From NCBI GenBank assembly GCA_965206745.1, contig OZ242220.1, forward strand, positions 1,504,001-1,568,000: DNA of 64,000 bases, written 5' to 3'. Positions 55,301-64,000 of the stretch are shown in pieces. Position numbers and translations under genes: made by a program. The DNA is from Nitrosopumilus sp. (GTDB taxonomy: Archaea; Thermoproteota; Nitrososphaeria; Nitrososphaerales; Nitrosopumilaceae). The notes under the pieces were generated by a model that worked only from the letters and a program-made list of their open reading frames with translations, ran no database searches and had not been told where the DNA came from. Within the stretch, counting starts at the first letter, position 1, and each line of letters starts with the position of its first letter.

Positions 55301-57217
55301 TGGATCTGCAATGTCACGTGCAGTTACAGTATCAATCTCAACTGGGGTCAATAGTCCTGTGGCTTCTGCAAAGATGAGATTGGACTCTGGAGTATCAAAG
55401 TACGGATTTGTCGTATCCTGAATGGTGACTTTTTGTACTGCAGACACCTCATTCTCAGAGCTGTCCTTTGCAGTCCATGTCACCCTGGTCTCACCTAATG
55501 GAAAAGAGTCAGGTGCGTCATTTATCGCAGTTATGGTATCAATATTGTCTGTGACTGTGGCAGTTCCTATATCTACTGTAGTCAGCACGCCTGTGGCCTC
55601 AGCTGTAACATCAGATGGTAGAATCAGCTTGGGTCCCGTATCCCGTATCGTTATTTTCTGTGTGGCAGTTGCAGAGTTGCCAGAATCATCAGTTGCAGTG
55701 TATGTTATAATGGTGATGCCGATTGGAAACGAGGTCGGGGCATCGCTGGTAATAGTTGGCATTGGATCCACGGTATCAGTTGCAGTTGCCACGCCAAGTT
55801 GAATCATGGATATTAGACTGGTAGCCTCATGTATGATATCATCTGGTGGTATAATTACAGGATCAGTCGTATCCTGTATGGTGATAATTTGCGTATCATT
55901 TGCCATATCACCTTTGTCGTCCTGGGCAGTCCATGTTATGACAGTACTGCCAAGTGTAAACAAGTCCGGTGCATCATTTGTGATTGCAGCATCCCGATTA
56001 ATAGAGGCAGTACCCAGATCAACTAGGGTCAGCTCTCCTGTGGCCTCCAGAGTCAGGTCATCAGGGGCGGTAATCTCCAAGGGTATGAATCGGTTTAGCG
56101 TTACATCAAATGAGGCACTTGCCGTGTTGCCGACTGAATCTCGGGATATGCAAGTTACAGTGGTGGTACCAAATGGATAAACCACCCTTCCCGGCGGATC
56201 ACATATTACTGCAACTATACCGTCCACATTATCAACTGCAGTAGGCAGGGTAAAGGTGACAAGTGATGGGCGGGAGACATCCAGAATTATATCGTTAGGC
56301 ACATTTGAGATTACAGGCTTTACATCATCCCTTAGCTTTGCAATTAGTTGTATCGCATCAATCTGGATGATACTATTGTCATTCTCAAGTATTGGCATGA
56401 ATCTAAAGAAAAAGTCATCTCCTGCAAACTCGTCAAAGTTTATTGTAACTGGAAACCATTGCTCATATGCTGACTCACTCACAGTTACCATGTGATGGTC
56501 CTCCCAGTTATCAGCAGTTCGGGCCTGAACCATCATGACTTCTGTATTCAACGAATCCGTATCTAAAATCTGATCTCCAAACCAGACCCAAAAGACAAGG
56601 TCTGCACCATCATATGTGGACAGTTTGATTTCATCTGCTGCTTGTAACGGACAGGAACCGTCACACTCTCCGATGCTGATAACACGGTTGTTGGTATCGG
56701 CAAGCAGTGTGTCCATTGGACTCTCAATGCCCCACTGACTGTCTAGCGTCCATCCGTCGGTACTATCCCACTGTTGCTCAAAGAGTACAGTCTCTACAAA
56801 TCCAGAGGGTGATTCTGGCGGGGGCAGGACTATTGGGGGCTTGACTCTCAATGTCACTGGAACATCAATGGTTTCTGTGGCACTATCCTGCCCATCAGTG
56901 ACGTGAACTGAGAATGACATAGTGACAGTCTGCTCCATCACTGCAAAAGGTATTCTAAAAGAGGCTATTGCCTTTTCTGCATTTTGCAGTCTTACTGCAG
57001 GAGCTTCATTATCTATCTGAGACCATGAAAAGCCTAGAGAGTTATCATCAGTGTTTGCACTGGCAGTCAATGTTACTCTACCATCACTTTGGGTGACAGG
57101 TGCAATTGAGACAACAAGGTCTGCACCTGAACCATCAGGTGTTGCCACCTGTGCCTCAGAGAGGCCGACTGGAACTAGCATGAGGGTAAATAATAAGAGA
57201 AAAAGGGTTTTATTCAT
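52346..57217 (-). CDS. Secreted HYR-repeat / fibronectin type III surface protein, 1,623 aa (paralog 1)
   Basis: Signal peptide, PKD-like domain, jelly-roll-like domain, about 10 HYR-like repeats (DTTxPxIxxPxDI...FPxGxTxITWTAxDxSGN), 4 FN3 repeats (LxWTQP...LTPDTDYSFRVQART) and a C-terminal beta-sandwich. Confidence 0.92.
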   Translation of the reverse strand: MNKTLFLLLFTLMLVPVGLSEAQVATPDGSGADLVVSIAPVTQSDGRVTLTASANTDDNSLGFSWSQIDNEAPAVRLQNAEKAIASFRIPFAVMEQTVTMSFSVHVTDGQDSATETIDVPVTLRVKPPIVLPPPESPSGFVETVLFEQQWDSTDGWTLDSQWGIESPMDTLLADTNNRVISIGECDGSCPLQAADEIKLSTYDGADLVFWVWFGDQILDTDSLNTEVMMVQARTADNWEDHHMVTVSESAYEQWFPVTINFDEFAGDDFFFRFMPILENDNSIIQIDAIQLIAKLRDDVKPVISNVPNDIILDVSRPSLVTFTLPTAVDNVDGIVAVICDPPGRVVYPFGTTTVTCISRDSVGNTASASFDVTLNRFIPLEITAPDDLTLEATGELTLVDLGTASINRDAAITNDAPDLFTLGSTVITWTAQDDKGDMANDTQIITIQDTTDPVIIPPDDIIHEATSLISMIQLGVATATDTVDPMPTITSDAPTSFPIGITIITYTATDDSGNSATATQKITIRDTGPKLILPSDVTAEATGVLTTVDIGTATVTDNIDTITAINDAPDSFPLGETRVTWTAKDSSENEVSAVQKVTIQDTTNPYFDTPESNLIFAEATGLLTPVEIDTVTARDIADPDVVVTNNSPDSFRLGSTFVIWTAKDSSGNTALYTQLVIVNDRTSPTITAPDDITIEATGLLTMIELGVATATDLIDRAPLITSDAPTSFPIGITIITYTATDNSFNSATDTQKVTVQGTAGPVLILPSDIIAEATGVLTPVDIGTATVTDNIDTITVINDAPDSFPVGETRVTWTAKDSTENEVTGIQTVIIRDTTQPTITVPDSIIAEATDELTPVDIGSATASDIADSDVTVTNDSPDSFPVGSTVITWTATDDSGNTASDTQTVRIQDTTEPVFTSFPEDITVTFLNRDAVEFENPTATDIFPVIILCSHDSGDSFPAGSTLVTCMATDANSNSARDSFSVIVMPPVIAPLPDPILDLSATNITSDSLTLFWTQPDLNGGTFQTYRLVMTTPHGDPQTFVGLTAEPFFDVTDLTPDTDYSFRVQARTDNGFSGGNAVLDTRTLPLPDPVLDLSATNITSDSLTLFWTQPDLNGGTFQTYRLVMTTPHGDPQTFVGLTAEPFYEVTGLTPDTDYSFRVQARTDNGFSGGNAVLDTRTLPLPDPVLDLSATNITSISLILEWTQPDLNGGTFQTYRLVMTTPHGDPQTFVGLTTEPFFEVAGLTPDTDYSFRVQARTNSGYSAGNAILDTRTLPVPPPDPVLDLSATNIASNSLRLEWIQPDLNGGTFQTYRLVMTTPHGDPQTFVGLTAEPFFDVTDLTPDTDYSFRVQARTDSGSSAGNAILDTTTLRDTTNPVFTSFPDDIAVRSTNDTFVEFASPTATDLHPATIQCNHNSGDLFFIGTTLVTCTATDTSNNFVQDSFSITVYLPSGFETITDGFNNLNSWESFKSATPKSEASLSSTNDRVIFPVGSDSFGSAVLIRGQGIGINVGIQRDLSLENYNPLDPLYLGIDYRALSDNRYSNITNAVIEVQDTAGNSLHRIILFEGATFDSGWRTFSTDISQHVSEQDDIRVQLYLIDTWIDDWNQRAFFDNFYLGVDPPPT
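53110..54240 (-). repeat. Four near-identical FN3 repeats (282-288 bp period)
   Basis: PDPxLDLSATNI unit starts recur at ~54235, ~53953, ~53671 and ~53383. Confidence 0.9.
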
Positions 57218-57231
57218 TGATCAACTTGGAT

Positions 57232-57410
57232 GGTGTGGTATATACATAGTTCTAATCAGCTGCGATCTGCAAACTATGGAGATAAAATGTGAAATACTTA
57301 CCAAATATAGTGCAATTTCTTGAATTTTTCAATCCGTATCAGTTACTCTGATGATGCAAAAATGGATTTTTGACAGTTATCGAGTATTGTACAAATCAAT
57401 TTGTAACTAG
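57232..57410 (-). promoter_or_regulatory. Upstream region of paralog 1 (TATA at ~57239-57248), duplicated at ~61880-62058
   Basis: Both copies share GTGGTATATAxATAGTTCTAATCAGCTGCGATCTGCAAACTAT...GTTACTCTGATGATGCAAAA...TTTTTGACAGTTATC. Confidence 0.7.
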
Positions 57411-57679
57411 ATAAGATCATGATATGATCGTATGAATTTCAGATATACTTGGAACACAATCAATACAGTAAGAGACCTATGAGAGTATTACATTGATCTG
57501 AGGGATCAAAAGCAGTGACACAAAACAGGCATGACTTGTTTTGACTGTGCATAAAAAATGTCATGAGGCATGTCAGATAAATACAGGAACAATCCAGATG
57601 ATCACATTATAAAATTAGTGAAAAAGATCAGACAAAGTACAAATCCAAAGATTAAATCATGACTTGATGAATGTGTTGA

Positions 57680-60600
57680 TCAGCAGATCGTAGTCATGTT
57701 GTATGCGTGTATCAGTTCCTGTGTATCGATATACATATCAGAGGACTCGTCAAGTGATTCAATCAATTTGCATGCCTGTGTCTGATCGTATTGTGAGATT
57801 TGCAGAGACAGTTCTTGGAGTGATGTCAGTTGTATATCTGCCTCACCACTGATATTTCCAGATGGAGGAGGATCCGTACCGAGATATAAGTTGTCAATGG
57901 ACAACCTATGATACCAGTTTCCCCCTGAGCCATCCCAGAAATATAATCGTACCGCGACATCAGCTCGTTTTGCTATGTACTGTGAAATATCGGTACTAAA
58001 TGTGCGCCATCCTGAATCCGATGTACCACCGTGAATCAGTCTTGTCTGGTACAGGTGGTGGCCATGTGTATCTGTTAGTTGAAGCTTAACATTGGTTGCT
58101 CCGTAACGAGTCATCGATGATTGTGCCCTATAATCAACGCTGAGGTATAATGGATCATCTGGATTATGATTCTCAAGGGAGATGTATCTAGTAATTCCAG
58201 TAAAGGTGCCATGCCCATCACCTCTCATTAGGGCAGATGGTGCGGGGTTGCCGTCAGTTGCAGTGAGTTCAAGTATGTAATTGTTAAAGAAAACGGTGCT
58301 CACACCTGTTGATTTGCCAAGATTCCAAGAATCAAGATTTGCAAAGTCATCTGTTATGGTTTCAAATACAGGGACAGTAACCGTTACTGAAAAGGAGTCC
58401 TGTACAAAGTTGTCGTTTGCATCAGTTGCAATGCATATGACTAGCGTGCTGCCGACATGGAACGAATCGCCTGAATTATTACTACACAGTACGGTTACCG
58501 GAAAGATGTCAGTTGCAGTAGGAGTTTCAAACTCTACAGAAATACTATTTTTAGATTTCACAGTGATATCATCGGGGAAACTGGTAAAGACGGGCTTTGT
58601 CGTATCCTGGAGGGTTGTAGTGTCAAGTATTACATTACCGCCACTGTAACCGACGTCTGTTCTTGCCTGAACTCGGAAAGAATAATCTGTATTGTGGGTC
58701 AAACCAATTACCTCAAAGAACGGTTCGGCAGTCAAACCCACAAGTGTCTGTGGATCTCCGTGAGGCGATGTCATGACAAGCCGATAAGTCTGGAGTGTGC
58801 CACCGTTTAGGTCTGGTTCTGTCCATTCCAATCTTAGTGAACTAGACGTTATGTCAGTTGCAGACAGATCAAGAACAGGATCAGGTGGAGTTATCAGCGT
58901 AATAACTTGAGGCATAACTATAACCGAAAAGGAATCCAATACAGAGTTATCGTTTGCATCAGTTGCAGTACATGTAACTAGCGTGCTGCCGGCAGGGAAG
59001 GAATCACCTGAATCATAATCACACAGTACAGTTACTGTAAAGATGTCTGCCGCAGTAGGAGTTTCAAACTCTACAGTATCACGATTCAGATATGTCACAG
59101 TGATATCCTCTGGAAAACTGGTAAAGATAGGCCTTGTCGTATCCTGAATCCTCACAGTCTGGGTATCACTAGCCGTGTTCCCTGAATCATCAGTTGCAGT
59201 CCATGTAATCACAGTCGAGCCTACTGGGAAGGAGTCAGGTGAATCATTTGTAACTGTAACATCGAGGTCTGCAATGTCACTGGCAGTAGCACTGCCGATA
59301 TCCACAGAGGTTAATTCATCTGTAGCCTCTGCAATTATACTGTCAGGGACTGTAATGGTTGGCTGTGTAGTATCCCGAATTATAACTGTCTGTATGCCAG
59401 TTACCACATTTTCTGCATTATCCTTGGCAGTCCACGTAACTCTAGTCTCACCTACCGGGAAGGAGTCAGGTGCGTCATTAATTGCAGTTAGGGAGTCAAC
59501 ATTGTCTGTAACTGTGGCAGTTCCTATATCCAACGGAGTCAGCACGCCTGTGGCTTCAGATGTAACATCAGATGGCAGAATCAGCATAGGTCCTGTCGTA
59601 TCCTGTACCGTCACTCTCTGGGTATCAGTTGCAGAATTGTAAGAGATATCAGTTGCAGTATAAGTTATTATAGTGACACCGATTGGGAACGAAGTCGGAG
59701 CATCACTAGTAATGAGGGGTGCCCGATCAACCAGATCAGTTGCAGTTGCCACACCAAGTTGAATCATGGTAAGCAGGCTGTCAGCCTCGATGATAATATC
59801 ATCAGGAGCTGTAATGATTGGACTGGTCCTATCATTAATGATTACAACTTGGTCATATCGAGCCGTATTTCCCGAGCTGTCCTTGGCCATCCAAATGACA
59901 GGGGTTGAGCCGAGTCGGAAAGAGTCAGGTGCGTCATTGGTAACTACAACATCTGGGTCTGCAATATCATTTGCAGGTATGGGATCAAGTTCAAGTGGGG
60001 TCAATATTCCTGTGGCTTCAGCATAAAAGTTGTAGGATTCCGGAGTATCAAAGTACGGATTTGTAGTATCATGAATGGTGACTTTTTGTACTGCAGACAC
60101 CTCATTCTCAGAGCTGTCCTTTGCAGTCCATGTCACCATGGTCTCACCTACTGGGAAAGAGTCAGGTGCGTCATTAATTGCAGTTAGGGAGTCAATATTG
60201 TCTGTAACTGTGGCAGTTCCTATATCTACTGTAGTCAGCACACCTGTGGCCTCTGCTGTAACATCAGATGGCAGAACCAGCATAGGTCCTGTATCCCGTA
60301 TCGTTATGTTCTGTATGGCAGTTGCAGAGTTACCAGAGTCATCAGTTGCAGTATATGTTATAATGGTGACACCGATTGGGAACGAGGTTGGAGCATCGCT
60401 GGTGATGGTGGGCATTGCATCGACAGTATCTGTTGCAGTTGCAGTACCCAGTTGAATCATGGATATTAGACTGGTAGCCTCATGTATGATATCATTTGGT
60501 GGTATAATTACAGGATCAGTCGTATCCTGTATGGTGATAATTTGCGTATCATTTGCCACATCACCTTTGTCGTCCTGGGCAGTCCATGTTATGACAGTGC

Positions 60601-61864
60601 TGCCAAGTGGAAACAAGTCAGGTGCATCATTTGTGATTGTGGCATCCCGATTAATAGAAGCAGTACCCATATCAACTAGGGTCAGTTCCCCTGTGGCCTC
60701 TAGAATCAGGTCATCAGGGGCGGTAATCTCCAAGGGGACAAATTTGTTTAGCGTAATGTCAAATGAGGCACTTGCCGTGTTGCCGACTGAATCTTGGGAT
60801 ATGCAAGTTACAGTAGTGGTACCAAATGGATAGATCACCCTTCTTGGCGGATCACATATTACTGGAACTGTGCCGTCCACATCATCAACTGCAGTAGGCA
60901 GGGTAAAGGTGACAATTGATGGGCGGAAGACATCCAGAATTATATCGTTAGGAACATTTGAGATTACAGGCTTTACATCATCCCTTATCTTTGCAATTAG
61001 TTGTATCGCGTCAATCTGGATTATGCTATTGTCATTCTCAAGTATTGGCATGAATCTAAAGAAAAATTCATCTCCTGCAAATTCGTCAAAGTTTATTGAA
61101 ACTGGAAACCATTGCTCATATACTGACTCACCGACAGTTATCATGTACTTGTCCACCCAGTTATCAGCAGTTCGTGCCTGAACCATTACGACCTCGGTAT
61201 TCAACGAGTCCGTATCTAAAATCTGATCTCCAAACCAGACCCAGAAGACAAGGTCTGCACCATCATATGCGGACAGTTTGATTTCATCTGCTGCTTGTAA
61301 CGAACAGGAGCCGTCACACTCTCCGATGCTGATAACACGGTTGTTGGTATCGGCAAACAGTGTATCCATTGGACTCTCAATGCTCCACTGGCCATCAGGT
61401 GTCCATCCATCGGTATTATCCCACTGTTGCTCAAAGAGTACAGTCTCTACAAATCCAGAGGGTGATTCTGGTGGGGGTATGGCCATTGAGGGCTTGACTG
61501 GCAATGTTACTGGGACATCAATTGTTTCTGTGGCACTATCTTGTCCATCAGTGACGCTGACTGAAAACGACATAGTGACAGTCTGCTCCATCACTGCAAA
61601 AGGTATTCTAAAAGAGGCTATTGCCTTTTCTGCATTTTGCAGTCTTACTGCAGGAGCTTCATTATCTATCTGAGACCATGAAAAACCTAGAGAATTATCA
61701 TCAGCGTTTGTACTAGCAGTCAATGTTACTCTACCATTACTTTGGGTGACAGGTGCAATGGAGACACTCAGATCTGAACTATCAGGTGTTGCCACCTGTG
61801 CCTCAGAGAGGCCGACTGGAACTAGCATGAAGATAAACAATAGTAGAAATGGAATTTTGTTCAT
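57680..61864 (-). CDS. Secreted HYR-repeat / FN3 surface protein, 1,394 aa (paralog 2)
   Basis: Same architecture as 52346-57217 and highly similar over the first ~1,000 aa. It has one FN3, a divergent C-terminal domain and an intact ~60-aa tail with two Cys. Confidence 0.92.
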   Translation of the reverse strand: MNKIPFLLLFIFMLVPVGLSEAQVATPDSSDLSVSIAPVTQSNGRVTLTASTNADDNSLGFSWSQIDNEAPAVRLQNAEKAIASFRIPFAVMEQTVTMSFSVSVTDGQDSATETIDVPVTLPVKPSMAIPPPESPSGFVETVLFEQQWDNTDGWTPDGQWSIESPMDTLFADTNNRVISIGECDGSCSLQAADEIKLSAYDGADLVFWVWFGDQILDTDSLNTEVVMVQARTADNWVDKYMITVGESVYEQWFPVSINFDEFAGDEFFFRFMPILENDNSIIQIDAIQLIAKIRDDVKPVISNVPNDIILDVFRPSIVTFTLPTAVDDVDGTVPVICDPPRRVIYPFGTTTVTCISQDSVGNTASASFDITLNKFVPLEITAPDDLILEATGELTLVDMGTASINRDATITNDAPDLFPLGSTVITWTAQDDKGDVANDTQIITIQDTTDPVIIPPNDIIHEATSLISMIQLGTATATDTVDAMPTITSDAPTSFPIGVTIITYTATDDSGNSATAIQNITIRDTGPMLVLPSDVTAEATGVLTTVDIGTATVTDNIDSLTAINDAPDSFPVGETMVTWTAKDSSENEVSAVQKVTIHDTTNPYFDTPESYNFYAEATGILTPLELDPIPANDIADPDVVVTNDAPDSFRLGSTPVIWMAKDSSGNTARYDQVVIINDRTSPIITAPDDIIIEADSLLTMIQLGVATATDLVDRAPLITSDAPTSFPIGVTIITYTATDISYNSATDTQRVTVQDTTGPMLILPSDVTSEATGVLTPLDIGTATVTDNVDSLTAINDAPDSFPVGETRVTWTAKDNAENVVTGIQTVIIRDTTQPTITVPDSIIAEATDELTSVDIGSATASDIADLDVTVTNDSPDSFPVGSTVITWTATDDSGNTASDTQTVRIQDTTRPIFTSFPEDITVTYLNRDTVEFETPTAADIFTVTVLCDYDSGDSFPAGSTLVTCTATDANDNSVLDSFSVIVMPQVITLITPPDPVLDLSATDITSSSLRLEWTEPDLNGGTLQTYRLVMTSPHGDPQTLVGLTAEPFFEVIGLTHNTDYSFRVQARTDVGYSGGNVILDTTTLQDTTKPVFTSFPDDITVKSKNSISVEFETPTATDIFPVTVLCSNNSGDSFHVGSTLVICIATDANDNFVQDSFSVTVTVPVFETITDDFANLDSWNLGKSTGVSTVFFNNYILELTATDGNPAPSALMRGDGHGTFTGITRYISLENHNPDDPLYLSVDYRAQSSMTRYGATNVKLQLTDTHGHHLYQTRLIHGGTSDSGWRTFSTDISQYIAKRADVAVRLYFWDGSGGNWYHRLSIDNLYLGTDPPPSGNISGEADIQLTSLQELSLQISQYDQTQACKLIESLDESSDMYIDTQELIHAYNMTTIC

Positions 61865-62303
61865 ACATAAGCTTGAATTCCGTGGTATATAGATAGTTCT
61901 AATCAGCTGCGATCTGCAAACTATTTGGATAAAACATGAAATAATTACAAAATAAAGTGTAATTTTTTGAATTTTTCAACCCACGTCGGTTACTCTGATG
62001 ATGCAAAACTGGGTTTTTGACAGTTATCAGTAACTGTACAGACGGATCTGCAACTAGCTAATTTCATAACGGGATAAAACTGGCAGAGATACAAGGCAGC
62101 ATCTGACCCAACTGTTTGGAATCGGCCATCCTACACAGAATCATACCACAATGTCTGAAGAGACAGACTTCAGTGTCCAACTTTGTGACTTGCATTAGGA
62201 CATGGAAGATATCACAGGCAAGGTTGTGACAGGTAACATCAGACTTTTGAAATTAAATATCTGTCTTGGGGTACTCACCATTCATCATGGAACCTGCAAG
62301 GAA

Positions 62304-64000
62304 CTATTTCAGCAGTTCCATTATCTTTTGTGCCTTGCCCTGCTCGATGTGGAGTTCTTCTGCAAGCTTTACCATCTTTGAGATCTCGTCCTTTTCACCC
62401 AAATAGTCATAGCTGAATGTCTGGCCTGGTACAGATACCAGCTTGCTTGCGTTAAATATTGCAGTGGCCTTTTGCTCCTCATGGTCCATGAGTTTTCCAA
62501 AGTTTGAGTGCATCCTAGTCATCACGTTGACTGCACCGTCTGTGAATCGCTCCATGTCCGGTGCGGTAATTGAGAACCAGCTGCCGTGATCATTTTGGGT
62601 CCAGAGGTATCCCGAATCATCCTCCCAGATGTTGTAGCGCCTGTCCTGCTGGGTGAGTGTGACTATCTCTGCTGGTCCCTGGTTTGTCTTTTTCTGCACG
62701 ATAGAGTATGTGCTTGGTGCAAGTAGGGAGTCGCCTGTAAACTCTACGCCCTCGTTGACGTACGTTACGGTGCTGCGTCGCTTGGAATCGACTGCCGATA
62801 TTGCCATCACGTCGGACTTTAGCGGCGCATTAACCTTGAAATCTATGCCAAATGAGTGGCAATCGAGTTTGGAGCCCGGACTGCATTCCACCTTGCTGAC
62901 GGTAGCAGTCGTCTTGCTCTCATCAACTAGCGATTCCTTTTGCTCGTGAATAATCTCAGTAATGTCATAGTCATTCGGATTGTCATAGTTTCGATTCAGC
63001 ATCAGTATGATGTCAGTCTCGGCATCTGATGCCGCACCAATCTCCGGCACTCCAAGGGATAGCGTCACATACCTGAATCCGTCAGCTGCATATGCCTTCA
63101 TGGCGACACTGTTTGTCTCACCAATTATTGATGATGTCCTTGTAAAGTCAGTGTGCCAGTTGTCAGTGATGTCAAGTGTGTAGCCATTGAATGTAAATCC
63201 GTCAGTGACTAGCTGCGATGATGATATCTCCCATGACTGGCCAAAGGTTGGCTTTTTCTTCCACTCATTTGAGCTGCCACCAGATCCATAAGCTACCAAA
63301 ACCCTGCCAATTTCGAAATCAATGTTCAAGCCATTGTCTACAACATCGCAGGCGATATAGTTGTAACCAAGTGGCAGGAAATCACCGTTACTTATTACCG
63401 TACCATCAATGTCCATAACCATGCCTGAACTGCGTTCACGCTGTAGGGCATCTATATAGGTAGTGGCATTAAGTCGAATACAGTCCATTTTGATAGGAGG
63501 GTTTGGATTGGCATCGACTACACTAACAAATGGACTATCGGTTCCTACAGGATTATCATCAGATTGGAGTTCATCAGGGAACATTAAGGTATTGGGTTGC
63601 AGTCGTGAAGCAAACTTGAGTTTTGGCTCTAGATTATCAACAACAGTGACAAATAGAATCGCATCTAGGACTTCGCCAGATGCATCATCTGTTACACGGA
63701 TTTGTATCTCAAATGATTCACCAGACAGTGAATGTGGAGGGGTTGGCCAAGACAGGACACCAAAGACCTCATCGGCAAACCCTAATCCAATAGGAAGTTC
63801 AAGGTCTGAGAGCGACGCTGCAGATGGTGAGATCGTTATTCCAGGACTTGGAATGGATACTCCAAGACGTGGAACAGTTGTATCAGGATTCAGAGGTGGC
63901 GTACCAAAATTATCAATTATCATGCCATCGTGTACGACACTGATAATCTCAAAGCTCACATCGTCTGCATTGAGGGATACGTCAGTATCAGTATTCATGA
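62304..64000 (-). CDS. C-terminal part (>=564 aa, probably 5'-partial) of a large surface protein with a thaumarchaeal-type C-terminal domain
   Basis: The frame is open to the window edge and there is no signal peptide at the listed Met. Ig- and HYR-like modules precede a GSGGSS linker and KPTFG...DGFTFNG...WHT...IGETN...KAY...LGVPEIG, a C-terminal motif I recall from large Nitrosopumilaceae proteins. Confidence 0.85.
   Translation of the reverse strand, partial: MNTDTDVSLNADDVSFEIISVVHDGMIIDNFGTPPLNPDTTVPRLGVSIPSPGITISPSAASLSDLELPIGLGFADEVFGVLSWPTPPHSLSGESFEIQIRVTDDASGEVLDAILFVTVVDNLEPKLKFASRLQPNTLMFPDELQSDDNPVGTDSPFVSVVDANPNPPIKMDCIRLNATTYIDALQRERSSGMVMDIDGTVISNGDFLPLGYNYIACDVVDNGLNIDFEIGRVLVAYGSGGSSNEWKKKPTFGQSWEISSSQLVTDGFTFNGYTLDITDNWHTDFTRTSSIIGETNSVAMKAYAADGFRYVTLSLGVPEIGAASDAETDIILMLNRNYDNPNDYDITEIIHEQKESLVDESKTTATVSKVECSPGSKLDCHSFGIDFKVNAPLKSDVMAISAVDSKRRSTVTYVNEGVEFTGDSLLAPSTYSIVQKKTNQGPAEIVTLTQQDRRYNIWEDDSGYLWTQNDHGSWFSITAPDMERFTDGAVNVMTRMHSNFGKLMDHEEQKATAIFNASKLVSVPGQTFSYDYLGEKDEISKMVKLAEELHIEQGKAQKIMELLK

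Noticed and set aside
52692-61673. Plus-strand ORFs up to 298 aa over the HYR/FN3 genes
   Set aside because: They are antisense shadows of the well-supported minus-strand genes.

Overview
Archaeal sequence, most likely Nitrososphaerota/Thaumarchaeota of the Nitrosopumilaceae type, and possibly host-associated. This rests on TATA boxes about 25 nt before leaderless starts, archaeal tRNAs without encoded CCA, and thaumarchaeal-type protein motifs. Almost the whole window encodes cell-surface proteins. (1) Positions 1-34847 on the minus strand form one uninterrupted reading frame of at least 11,615 codons. The supplied ORF track misses it because its stop lies beyond the left edge. It starts with a TTG and a Sec signal peptide and consists of alternating ~100-aa cadherin/Ig-like modules, including near-identical in-frame 5,853-bp tandem blocks with mosaic variants. 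(2) Divergent tRNA-Asp(GTC) and tRNA-Lys(TTT) genes follow. (3) Next is a ~13-kb type IV pilus/Tad-like cluster: a secreted protein, a large pilin-like protein, a TadC/FlaJ-like platform, a TadA/FlaI/VirB11 ATPase, a 1,919-aa protein that looks like two surface proteins fused with an internal signal peptide, and a ParM/StbA-like actin fragment with a basic partner. No major pilin, prepilin peptidase or integrase is visible. (4) Two tandem paralogous HYR/FN3 surface proteins differ in FN3 copy number, tip domain and C-terminal tail. (5) The 3' part of another large surface protein sits at the right edge. All product calls come from motif recognition by eye, with no database search.
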